A DNA stretch of 64,000 bases from positions 81,426-145,425 of the forward strand of contig CAWACX010000002.1 of assembly GCA_963780755.1 (NCBI GenBank). Direction: 5' to 3'. The position numbers and the translations under genes are program-made. Under the pieces are notes generated by a model. The model saw nothing but the letters and a program-made list of their open reading frames with translations, did no database searches and was not told the origin of the DNA. The DNA is from an uncultured Acidobacteriota bacterium (GTDB lineage Bacteria > Actinomycetota > Acidimicrobiia > Spongiisociales > ZC4RG35). Shown here piece by piece: positions 28,004 to 36,983 of this stretch. Numbering within the stretch: position 1 is the stretch's first letter; every line of letters starts with the position of its first letter.

Positions 28004-29088
28004 GGGAGGGGAGCACCGCATCGAGGGCTGCGACGAAGAGGTGGTTTTCCGCTTCGGTGCCCACTGTCACCCGGAGCCATCCCCCGGACATGGGGCGGAT
28101 GATCACGCCTTGCTCGAGGATCGACGCGGCCACCGCGTTCGAGTCGTCGCCGAGGCGGAAGTAGACGAAGTTGGCCTGGCTGTCCGAATGTTCGAGCCTG
28201 CGCTCGGCCAGGGCGCCCATTAGGTGCTGGCGTCCCACGGCATTGGCCGCAACCCGGCGCTCCAGCTCGGCGGGGTTCCCCAACGATGCCGTGGCCGCGG
28301 CCTGTGACACCTGACTGATGGTGAACGGGGGCTGGGTCTTTCGCAGCTCACCGAGCGTGTCCGGATGCCCCACGGCGTAGCCCACCCGGTGCGAGGCCAG
28401 CCCGTAGACCTTGCTGAAGGTCCTGAGCACGACCACGTTCCGGCGGCTGGTGGCGATCCCCAATGCGCTCCGGTGCCCCGGGTCGGTCACGAAGTCGTGA
28501 TATGCCTCGTCGACGACGAGGAGCACCCTTTCCGGGAGCGTGGTGGCGAATGCCTCGACCTCGTCAGCTGAGACGATTGTCCCGGTGGGGTTGTTGGGGT
28601 TGCAGAGATAGACCACTGTGGTGTCGTCGCGGATCGCCGCGGCCATGGCCGCCAGGTCGTGGACATGGCGATCGGTGAGAGGGACCTCGACGTTGGTGGT
28701 CATGGCCCAGGCGGAGACCGTGCGGTACATGATGAACGAGGGCCAACCGAAGACAGCGCTCGTACCCGGCCCACCCACCGCCAACCCGATGTGACTGAGC
28801 AACGCAACACTGCCGGCCCCGACCCAGAGCTGGTCCTCTGGAACCTCGAGCCAGCGTGACATCGCTCGGGATAGTGCCGTGGTGTCGGTGTCCGGATATC
28901 GGTTCGAGGACCCCAATGCCGAGATCGCAGCTTCGATGACCCCGGGGAAAGGGCCGTCGGGGCTCTCGTTGGAGGCCAGCTTGACGATCTCGCCCTCCGT
29001 GAGGCCCGAGGTCCTGGGCCACTTCCTCGATAGGGCGCCCCGGCACATAGCCCCTCATCGCCGTCAGGTCCGGTCGAAAGGTCGGCAC
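27999..29088 (-). pseudogene. hisC: histidinol-phosphate/aromatic aminotransferase (class II PLP), apparent +1 frame change near 29004
   Basis: The GTG at 29088 gives MPTFRPDLTAMRGYVPGRPIEEVAQDLG. The conserved continuation LTEGEIVKLASNESPDGPFPGV...YPDTD...TFSKVYGLASHRVGY is in the frame of ORF 27999..29048. Confidence 0.8.
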
Positions 29089-29231
29089 ACGACCGACGAT
29101 AGTTTCCCTGCATCACCGGCAAATGGCGTGGCAGACTCGACAAACGATGGTTTCTGCCGACATCGCAGCATCGCCTACCGTCATCCAGATCGCGGCATCA
29201 GACGGTCAATGCCGCGCAGGAGGAGTAGGAA

Positions 29232-31379
29232 TTGGCAGCGCGCAGAGCCGGTCTCGGTCGCGGCTTGGAGGCACTGATCCCGACAGGCAATTCTGAGCAT
29301 CACAAAAAGCGTGCCCTTCGGATAATCGACGCCGACGGGCACCTGGTCGCCGACGACCCTGGGCTCGATCCCGAGCTCTACCAGCAGATGTACCGGCAAA
29401 TGGTCCAGGCCCGTGTCCTCGATCGGCGGATGCTCGCGATGCAACGACAGGGCCGGCTGGGGACCTACGCCATGCTCGAAGGCCAGGAAGCGGTACAGAT
29501 CGGCTCCGCCCTCGCCCTGCGACCGGACGACTTCGTGTTCCCCTCCTACCGGGAGCACGCGGTCCAGGTCTCCAGAGGGCTGCCCATCGAAGTCCTCCTC
29601 GCCTACTGGAAGGGGCTCCCCAACTCGGGATGGGACATCGAGAAGTACCGCACCGGGATCGTCACCGTCCCCATCGCCAGCCAGCTGCCCCACGCCGTCG
29701 GCTACTCCTATATGACAAAGCTCCGCGGCGAGGACACCGTCACCGCCACCTACTTCGGTGACGGCGCCACCTCGGAGAGTGACTTCCACGCAGCGATGAA
29801 CTTCGCAGGAGTATGGAAGACCCCGACCGTTTTCATCTGCGCCAACAACCTCTACGCGATCTCGGTCCCCTACGAGAAGCAGACGGCATCGGAGACCATC
29901 GCCCAGAAGGCCGCCGCTTACGGCTTCGATGGCTTCAGGGTCGACGGCATGGACCCGATCGCGATGTTCCTCGCCACCCGGCTCGCGGTCCGGCATGCCC
30001 GAAAGGGCCAGGGACCGACCCTGATCGAGGCCATGACCTACCGCTACGGACCGCATGCCACCGCCGACGACCCGACCCGATACCGGTCCCGCGAGGAAGA
30101 GCAGAAGTGGAGGCGCCGCGATCCGATCGAGAGGCTGCGCCGTTTCCTGGAGCGACGGGACGAGTGGGACCAGGAAACCGAGGAGAAGGTCACCCGGGAG
30201 GCCTCAGAGGAGGTAGAAGCTGCAATCACAGCCATTGAGGCCGAGGCACTCCCGTCGCGAGACGACGCAGTGCGGCACGGCTTCCACAGGATCCCCGCCC
30301 ACGTCGTGGAGCAGTTGCATTCAATGCAGCGGGCTCACGGCGAGGAGCCGACACCGTTCCGGGACGACGAAGTCTGGGCGATAGGCGAGGATGCGCTCCC
30401 GGCGGGGCCGACCGAGTCCTGGACCATGGCCGATGCAATCAATGCCGCGCTGGGCCAAGCTATGGGGCGAAACCCCGATGTGGTGGTTCTGGGCGAGGAC
30501 GTGGGTTTGAGTGGCGGCGTTTTCCGGATCACTGAAGGGCTTCAGGAGAACTACGGCGAGGCGAGAGTCATCGACACCCCGCTCAACGAGTCCGGGATCG
30601 TCGGGGCTGCCGTGGGGATGGCCCTCGCCGGCGGTCGCCCGGTGGCGGAGATCCAGTTCGAGGGGTTCGTTTACCCGGCTTTCGACCAGATAGTCAGCCA
30701 TCTCGGTCGGTTCCGATTCCGGACCAGAGGCAGCTCCAGCCTCCCGGTGGTGGTGCGCTTCCCCAACGGCGCCGGCATCGGCGCCCACGAGCACCACTGC
30801 GACTCACCCGAGGCCTATTTCGTCCACGCACCTGGCCTGGTCGTGATCTGCCCGTCGACCGCAGTCGACGCCAAGGGCCTCCTCGCCGCAGCTCTCGAGG
30901 GCGACGATCCGGTGATCTTCCTCGAGCCCAAGGTCCTCTACAGGGCGGGCCGGGAGGATGTTCCAACCGAGCACTACACCCTTCCCATCGGCCGGGCCCG
31001 GGTGCGACGAGCGGGCACCGACCTCACCCTGGTCACCTACGGAGGCATGGTCCCCGTCGCGCTCGAGGCCGCCGAACGCTCCGGGGCCTCGGTGGAGGTC
31101 GTCGATCTTCGCACACTGTTCCCGTGGGACCGGGAGACCGTCCTCGCCTCGGTCTCGCGGACCGGGCGCCTGCTTCTCGTCCAGGAACCCCAGGGATCGG
31201 CCGGCGTGGCCGCCGAGGTGGCTGCCGTGGTCGCGGAAAAGGCCCTCTACGACCTCCAGGCGCCGATCGTCAGAGTCACTGGGTACGACGTGCCCTGGCC
31301 TCAGTTCGCCATCGAGAAGCACGCCCTGATCGATGTCGACCGGGTGCTCGCCGGGATACGGGAGGCCCTCGGACGTTGA
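29232..31379 (+). CDS. 2-oxoacid (pyruvate/branched-chain type) dehydrogenase E1 component, fused alpha-beta subunits
   Basis: 715 aa. The alpha part has the TPP motif (YFGDGATSESDFHAAMNFAGVWKTPTVFICANN). The beta part (TMADAINAALGQAM...VLGEDVG...VIDTPLNESGIVG) follows with no stop between them. TTG start at 29232, 8 nt after AGGAGGAG. Confidence 0.85.
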   Translation: MAARRAGLGRGLEALIPTGNSEHHKKRALRIIDADGHLVADDPGLDPELYQQMYRQMVQARVLDRRMLAMQRQGRLGTYAMLEGQEAVQIGSALALRPDDFVFPSYREHAVQVSRGLPIEVLLAYWKGLPNSGWDIEKYRTGIVTVPIASQLPHAVGYSYMTKLRGEDTVTATYFGDGATSESDFHAAMNFAGVWKTPTVFICANNLYAISVPYEKQTASETIAQKAAAYGFDGFRVDGMDPIAMFLATRLAVRHARKGQGPTLIEAMTYRYGPHATADDPTRYRSREEEQKWRRRDPIERLRRFLERRDEWDQETEEKVTREASEEVEAAITAIEAEALPSRDDAVRHGFHRIPAHVVEQLHSMQRAHGEEPTPFRDDEVWAIGEDALPAGPTESWTMADAINAALGQAMGRNPDVVVLGEDVGLSGGVFRITEGLQENYGEARVIDTPLNESGIVGAAVGMALAGGRPVAEIQFEGFVYPAFDQIVSHLGRFRFRTRGSSSLPVVVRFPNGAGIGAHEHHCDSPEAYFVHAPGLVVICPSTAVDAKGLLAAALEGDDPVIFLEPKVLYRAGREDVPTEHYTLPIGRARVRRAGTDLTLVTYGGMVPVALEAAERSGASVEVVDLRTLFPWDRETVLASVSRTGRLLLVQEPQGSAGVAAEVAAVVAEKALYDLQAPIVRVTGYDVPWPQFAIEKHALIDVDRVLAGIREALGR

Positions 31380-31939
31380 CCACGACTGTGGCGGTGTTCG
31401 GGTCATCCCAGACCGGCATCGACTCTGAGGACTGGGCGGATGCCGTGAAGGTCGGGGCCCGGTTGGCCGCCGCCGGGGTGGCCGTGATCACCGGCGGCTA
31501 CGGGGGCACGATGGAGGCGGCCTCCCTTGGCGCGGCCACGGCCGGCGGCAAGGTGATCGGTGTCACCGCCCCCACCCTGTTTCCCGGGCGGTCCGGGGAA
31601 AACTCCTACGTCGACGAGTTGATCGAGGCCCCGACCCTCTCCTCCAGGATCGACTTCATGATGCAACGGGCCGATGCCACGATCACCCTGGCCGGGTCTC
31701 TGGGCACCGCCACCGAGTTGCTCACCGCCTGGAACATGAACTTCATCGCCCGCCGAGTCGGAGGCCGCCCGTTCCCGAGCGTCGCGGTCGGAGCCCAATG
31801 GCAAAAGGTGGCCGATGCGCTAGTCCTCCTGATTGGAGCCGAAAACGACGGTATCCATTGGGCAAATACGGCGGATGAAGCTGTCGACTGGGTTCTGGGG
31901 CAACTCGGAATCCACGAGACAGGCCGGGCGACCACCTAG
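31376..31939 (+). CDS. LOG/TIGR00725-family Rossmann-fold protein
   Basis: VAVFGSSQTG...VITGGYGGTMEAASLGA...AGSLGTATEL is the LOG-type PGGxGTxxE motif. The TTG at 31376 overlaps the E1 stop (TTGA). Confidence 0.7.
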   Translation: MTTTVAVFGSSQTGIDSEDWADAVKVGARLAAAGVAVITGGYGGTMEAASLGAATAGGKVIGVTAPTLFPGRSGENSYVDELIEAPTLSSRIDFMMQRADATITLAGSLGTATELLTAWNMNFIARRVGGRPFPSVAVGAQWQKVADALVLLIGAENDGIHWANTADEAVDWVLGQLGIHETGRATT

Positions 31940-31953
31940 TCTCTGGCCAGGTC

Positions 31954-32166
31954 ATGACTCACATCCGCACCGCACCCAAACCCTCGTCCAAGCACAAGAT
32001 CGCTGACTGCCGCAAGGGCATTCACAACTATGCAGATGGCCAGCACATAGGCGCCGGCATCACGCGCCGGGTGTGCCAGACCTGTGCTTATGTCACCATC
32101 GACCTCAGCGGCGTGGACGACGCGTCGACCCACAACGCCACTGAACTGACCACCGCCCAGCAGTAG
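31954..32166 (+). CDS. small hypothetical protein with a possible zinc-ribbon (CxxxxH...CxxC)
   Basis: 70 aa, MTHIRTAPKPSSKHKIADCRKGIHNY...RRVCQTCAYVTIDL. Third-position GC is coding-like. The opposite-strand ORF 31936..32256 looks like a shadow. Confidence 0.45.
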   Translation: MTHIRTAPKPSSKHKIADCRKGIHNYADGQHIGAGITRRVCQTCAYVTIDLSGVDDASTHNATELTTAQQ

Positions 32167-32194
32167 GCGGTTTCCCGCCTCTAAGCTCCCGCCG

Positions 32195-33073
32195 GTGCCA
32201 CGACTCATTCGAGCCGCCGGGGGTGTCGTGATACGGCGAACCCGGAAAGGCCGCATCGAGGTCCTGGTCTCTCACCGCCCGCGCTACGACGACTGGTCGT
32301 TGCCCAAGGGCAAGGCAGATCCCAACGAAACGCCTGAGCAAACAGCAATCCGCGAGGTGCTCGAGGAGACGGGATATCACTGCCGAATCGTGGCTCCATT
32401 GGGGAAGACGCGATATCGGGTGTCCAGTCGCACCAAAGAGGTGAGCTGGTTCGTGATGCGGCCTCTCCCCGACAGTCCCGGGTTCAAGCCCAACAACGAG
32501 GTCGACAAGGTCAAATGGCTGAAACGCAAGAAGGCAGCCTCGCGCCTCGACTACGAGCGCGACCGGGCTCTGGTCGCCGAGACCGATCTCAAGAAGCTGG
32601 CCAGAACCGGGACACTCTTCCTGGTGCGACATGCCACCGCAGGCGACCGCTCGAAGTGGAAAGGCAGTGACCGCAGCCGTGATCTGACCAAGTCCGGGAT
32701 CAGACAGTCGCAATCGATCGCAGATAGCCTGGCGGGGCGTGGCATCGAGCGCATCTTGAGCAGCCCCTATGACCGGTGCACTCAGACGATGGTGCCCCTG
32801 GCCTCGCTCACAGGAGCCCCTGTCGAGAGCACCGAGGCTTTGGTCGAAGGACACGACGTCAATGGGGCATGGGAGCTGGTCAAGTCGCTGGTGGGGCAAA
32901 ACGCGGTGCTCTGCACCCACGGCGACATCATCGCTCCGCTGATGAGCCGCCTCATCGAAGCCGGCCTCAGCATCGATTCCCGGCTCTATTACTCCAAGGG
33001 TTCGACCTGGGAGGTCGAAGTGGACGGGGGCAAGTTCACCACCGGCACCTACGTCCCGCCGTCCAACAAGTAA
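32195..33073 (+). CDS. mutT1: Nudix hydrolase fused to histidine-phosphatase domain (MutT1-like)
   Basis: Nudix box GKADPNETPEQTAIREVLEETG, then the RHG phosphatase motif LFLVRHATAGDR and a C-terminal THGD. This is the same architecture as mycobacterial MutT1. Confidence 0.8.
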   Translation: MPRLIRAAGGVVIRRTRKGRIEVLVSHRPRYDDWSLPKGKADPNETPEQTAIREVLEETGYHCRIVAPLGKTRYRVSSRTKEVSWFVMRPLPDSPGFKPNNEVDKVKWLKRKKAASRLDYERDRALVAETDLKKLARTGTLFLVRHATAGDRSKWKGSDRSRDLTKSGIRQSQSIADSLAGRGIERILSSPYDRCTQTMVPLASLTGAPVESTEALVEGHDVNGAWELVKSLVGQNAVLCTHGDIIAPLMSRLIEAGLSIDSRLYYSKGSTWEVEVDGGKFTTGTYVPPSNK

Positions 33074-33109
33074 TCGGCGCTCTCTGGGAGAATCCGGCTT
33101 CGGACTCAG

Positions 33110-35188
33110 ATGCCTCCGACAGGGGTATGGAGGAAAGCAGTGCCCTCGACCGGCCGACAAAGCACCCGGATCATCCTCCTCTTCGGCATGTCGGCGATGG
33201 CGCTCTCCCTGTTCGCTGCCCAACCGGCTTCCGCATCCGGTGACACCACTGTCCGTTGGGAGAGCTTCTCCGAGTCGCCGGAATGCGGACAGCCCTACAC
33301 CCGACCGCCTCAAGTCTCGAAGTCCGGCTCGTTGACCAACAGCGAGCGGATCCTCGGGCCTTTCGGCACCTACTTCGGGCGCTCGATCAACCAGGTGAAG
33401 TCTCGACTCGTGCTGTGGACTGTCCCCGGCAGTGGTGGGCAACGGGTCCTCGTCCATAACGCGGCCCTGCCCGCGTTTCGGCGCGTGGCGACGGGACTGG
33501 CGGCGGCGGCGGCCAATGGCCAGGTGTATCGGATCACCAGGGTCAGCGCCTTCTCCGCCCGCACCGTCGACGGGACCCGGCAGATCTCCAGGCATGGCCT
33601 GGGGACGGCCATCGACATCAACTACCCACAGAACCCCTACCGCGCCGACGGAAAACTGATCACCGACTTCCCCGACTGGTTCGTCAAGGTCTGGCGGGAT
33701 GCCGGGTTTTGTTGGGGTGGGGACTGGAGAGGGTCGAAGGACGCCATGCACTTCTCCTGGGTGGGGCCCAAGGCCACGCCGGCCACCAACGACCCGCTGC
33801 CACCGATTCCACCGCTGACCTCGATCAAGGTCTTCGGCGCTCCGGTGGCCGACATCTCGACGATTTTCGCCCCGGTCATCGATCGGTACGACTTCATGAT
33901 CGCCGACGGCGACGGCAACGCTTCGCCAGACGTGATCGGGTTGCGGTCCCACCCCGACGGCTCCGTGATCGACGTCGCCTCAGGAATCGACATGTTCGGC
34001 GCCTGCTCCATCGCCCGCTTCTTCGTTCCGGACAAGACCTTGGCAGGGGCAGAGCACACCCTGTTCGTCGACATCGACGGTGACAGCCGCCAGGACCTGG
34101 TGTCGATCAACGGATCCCAGGCGCGGGTCGCCACCCGGCGCGGTGACTACGAGGACCTGGCCACCAGGGCCACCTCCATCGAACCCGACGCAGTCGCCAT
34201 CGCGGGAGGTGACTTCAATGCCGACCACCTCGCCGACCTTTGGGTGGTCTCTGCCGATGGCAATCTGCGAGTGCATGCCGGGCCAGCTTGGACCAGTGTC
34301 CTCCACCAGCAGGCCCTCCCCGATGGGGCGCCGCTCGAGATCGCTGTCGGAGACCGGGATGGCGGCAACCTTCCCGAGCTGTTCGCCCTTTACTCGTCGG
34401 GTACCGGGAGCCGGGTCGAGGTGCTCAAGCTCGGCGGGAGTTGGCAGTTGTCCCAGGGGGTCCCGGTCTCGGTGCCGGCGGCCCAGGTCCGATCGCTAGG
34501 TGCGGCCGACTACGACGGCGACGGCCGAGCCGACATCCAGGTGTTCGACGGGCGCCTCAAGCCATACTTGGGCAACTCCGCGACCGGCCGCCCTGCGTCG
34601 GGATGGTTTGCCAACCCCAACTGCCCGGATGTCCCCGTCCGACTGCTCTATAACGGGACGTTCTTCGACGACGACGCCAGCGTCCACGTCAAGGGAATCG
34701 AGGCCATGGCCGCGGCGGGGATCACCAAGGGCTGCAACCCACCCTTCAACGACATGTTTTGCCCTGAGCGGACACTGACCAGGGCCGAGGCGGCGACTCT
34801 TCTTGCCCGGGCACTCTCCTTGCCCGATCCGGGGAAGGATTTCTTCGTCGATGACAACGGCGACGTGTTGGAGGGTGGGATCAACCGCCTCGCTGGCGCC
34901 GGGATAACCACCGGATGCAACCCGCCGGCCAACAACCGTTACTGCCCGGATCGGTCGCTGTCCAGGGCAGAGTTCGCCACCTTCATCGCACGCGCCCTGA
35001 GCCTCCCGGCCGCCTCCCGTGACTTCTTTGTCGACGACAACGGGCACATTCTCGAAGGCGCGATCAACCGGATCGCCCAGGCTGGGATAACCACCGGGTG
35101 CAACCCGCCGGCCAACACCCAGTTCTGCCCGGCCCGGCTCAACACCCGGGCGGAGACCGCCACGTTCCTCACCAGAGCGCTGGGATGA
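33110..35188 (+). CDS. secreted multidomain protein: M15 (VanY-like) peptidase + FG-GAP/VCBS-like repeats + three SLH-like repeats
   Basis: Signal peptide (ILLFGMSAMALSLFAAQPASA). M15 zinc ligands are SRHGLGTAIDI and DAMHFSW. D-x-D-G-D type repeats include DIDGDSRQDLV and ADYDGDGRADIQVF. The C-terminus has three 61-aa GITxGC...FCP...TRAE repeats. Confidence 0.75.
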   Translation: MPPTGVWRKAVPSTGRQSTRIILLFGMSAMALSLFAAQPASASGDTTVRWESFSESPECGQPYTRPPQVSKSGSLTNSERILGPFGTYFGRSINQVKSRLVLWTVPGSGGQRVLVHNAALPAFRRVATGLAAAAANGQVYRITRVSAFSARTVDGTRQISRHGLGTAIDINYPQNPYRADGKLITDFPDWFVKVWRDAGFCWGGDWRGSKDAMHFSWVGPKATPATNDPLPPIPPLTSIKVFGAPVADISTIFAPVIDRYDFMIADGDGNASPDVIGLRSHPDGSVIDVASGIDMFGACSIARFFVPDKTLAGAEHTLFVDIDGDSRQDLVSINGSQARVATRRGDYEDLATRATSIEPDAVAIAGGDFNADHLADLWVVSADGNLRVHAGPAWTSVLHQQALPDGAPLEIAVGDRDGGNLPELFALYSSGTGSRVEVLKLGGSWQLSQGVPVSVPAAQVRSLGAADYDGDGRADIQVFDGRLKPYLGNSATGRPASGWFANPNCPDVPVRLLYNGTFFDDDASVHVKGIEAMAAAGITKGCNPPFNDMFCPERTLTRAEAATLLARALSLPDPGKDFFVDDNGDVLEGGINRLAGAGITTGCNPPANNRYCPDRSLSRAEFATFIARALSLPAASRDFFVDDNGHILEGAINRIAQAGITTGCNPPANTQFCPARLNTRAETATFLTRALG
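34658..35185 (+). repeat. three tandem ~183-nt coding repeats (SLH-like, Cys-containing)
   Basis: Units start near 34658, 34838 and 35021. Units 2 and 3 begin DFFVDDNG(D/H)(V/I)LEG(G/A)INR(L/I)A(G/Q)AGITTGCNPPAN. Confidence 0.8.
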
Positions 35189-35219
35189 CACACCCGGCAT
35201 TAGCCGACGGTGCGGTGAC

Positions 35220-36983
35220 TCAGACGGTCTTGGTGCCGGCCACCCAGTCTCGGTAGAGGGCGGCGTACAGCCCTTCGTGGGCGATCAGGTCACGGTGATG
35301 GCCTCGTTCGACGAGACGGCCCTTGTCGAACACCAAAACCTCGTCAGCCCCTTCGGCTGTCGCCAGGCGGTGGGCGATGGTGACCGAGGTCCGACCTTCG
35401 ATCAGGTGCTGGATGGCGTGCCTCAGGGCCACGTCGAGTGCCGGGTCGACCGCGGAGGTCGCCTCATCGAGGACCAGGAGATCGGGGGAGCCGATCCATG
35501 CCCGGACCAGCGCCACCAGCTGGCGCTCGCCGGCGGAGAGGTTGCCTCCTCGCTCGCCCACCTGGGTGTCGAGGCCGGCGGGAAGCCCGGTCAGCCAATC
35601 TCCGAGCTCCAACTCGTGGAACGAAGTCCAGATCTCGGCGTCGTCGGCTTCCGGGCTTCCGTATCGGACGTTTCCGGCGATGGTGTCGTCGAAGAGGAAA
35701 CCTTCCTGGGGGACGAAGGCCACCCGGGAGCGAAGCTCGGCGAGGGGAACCCGCTTGGCGTTGACCCCACCAATGGTCACCGCGCCTCCGCTGGGGTCGA
35801 CCAAGCGCACCAGCAGCTTGGCGAAGGTCGTCTTCCCGGAGCCGGTCTCACCAACCACCGCGACCCGCGACCCGACCGGGATGTCCACGGTCACGCCCTG
35901 CAGCACTTCAGACCCTTCCTCGTATGAGAAGTTGACGTCTCGGAACCGGGCGCTGAGCCCTCCCGACCGGAGGTGCTCGGGGTTCTCAGGGTCGGCGACT
36001 TCGATCTCGCTGTCCAGGGCGCCGAGGATCCGGCGCAATCCCGAGGCCGCATGCTGGGCGAACTCCAGAGTCTCCACCACGATCTGAAGTGGCTCAATGA
36101 GCAGATTGGTGAGGAAGAGGAAGGCGATCAGGGTCCCCGCGGTCATCCCCTGGTTGACACCGATGATGATCCCGGTGACCACGATGGCGGCGGTGAGCAG
36201 GCCGGCGAACACCTCGGCCGAGGAGAAGAGGATGTTTCCGAAGCGGGCGGTCCTGAACTCGGACCAGAACCTCCGCTCCAGGGCTTCGGCGACCTTGACC
36301 TTGGTCGGCTCCTCGATCCCATAGGAACGGACCACCGGGATCGCGGTGATCGACTCGCTCAGCACACCGAGGGAGTTCCCCACCTCGCTGCGAACCCGGT
36401 CGTAATTGCGGGACAACACGACCTGGAACCAGCGCATCAGGCCCAGATAGAGCAAGACCCCGACCAGGGCCACCAGGGCGAGGCGCCACTGGTAGACGGA
36501 CATGACCACCAGCGCCAGGAACACCTGGCTCCCGGCGATGACGATCCCGACCCCGCCCCACTCCATGAACTCCTCGAGGGTGGTCACGTCCGAGGTCACC
36601 CGCGAGACGAGGTCTCCGCGGCGGTCGGACTCGGTGTGAAGCACCGAGCGACGGAGCAAATGGCGGAAGGTCATGATCCGGAGGTCGGAGAGACCGTTCG
36701 ACGAGCTTCGGATCAGGCGATGGATGGCAGCCCGGCCCACGAAGGCGCCGATCACGAGACAGACGAGGGCGATGGCCGACTTCTGCAGGACGCCGACCAT
36801 GTCGACTCCGCCTGGAGCCAGGATCTCGTCGTCGATGATCTTTTGCATCACGACCGGGGTGACCACCGTGATCGCCTGCCCCATCATCGCCATCAGCAGC
36901 GTGACCTTCAGCCCGTGGCGCAGCGCCGGAGCCACCCGGAAGGCGCGCACCAGGATCGTGCCGCTGGATGTGGGATCGCTCAC
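35220..36983 (-). CDS. ABC exporter, fused permease/ATP-binding subunit
   Basis: 587 aa with six N-terminal TM helices, Walker A GETGSGKTT, signature LSAGERQ and Walker B LLVLDEATS. Confidence 0.9.
   Translation of the reverse strand: MSDPTSSGTILVRAFRVAPALRHGLKVTLLMAMMGQAITVVTPVVMQKIIDDEILAPGGVDMVGVLQKSAIALVCLVIGAFVGRAAIHRLIRSSSNGLSDLRIMTFRHLLRRSVLHTESDRRGDLVSRVTSDVTTLEEFMEWGGVGIVIAGSQVFLALVVMSVYQWRLALVALVGVLLYLGLMRWFQVVLSRNYDRVRSEVGNSLGVLSESITAIPVVRSYGIEEPTKVKVAEALERRFWSEFRTARFGNILFSSAEVFAGLLTAAIVVTGIIIGVNQGMTAGTLIAFLFLTNLLIEPLQIVVETLEFAQHAASGLRRILGALDSEIEVADPENPEHLRSGGLSARFRDVNFSYEEGSEVLQGVTVDIPVGSRVAVVGETGSGKTTFAKLLVRLVDPSGGAVTIGGVNAKRVPLAELRSRVAFVPQEGFLFDDTIAGNVRYGSPEADDAEIWTSFHELELGDWLTGLPAGLDTQVGERGGNLSAGERQLVALVRAWIGSPDLLVLDEATSAVDPALDVALRHAIQHLIEGRTSVTIAHRLATAEGADEVLVFDKGRLVERGHHRDLIAHEGLYAALYRDWVAGTKTV

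Noticed and set aside
29089-29231. Search for a parS-like site (TGTTTCACGTGAAACA type) upstream of the ParB-motif-bearing E1 gene.
   Set aside because: No 16-bp palindrome resembling parS was seen in this interval.
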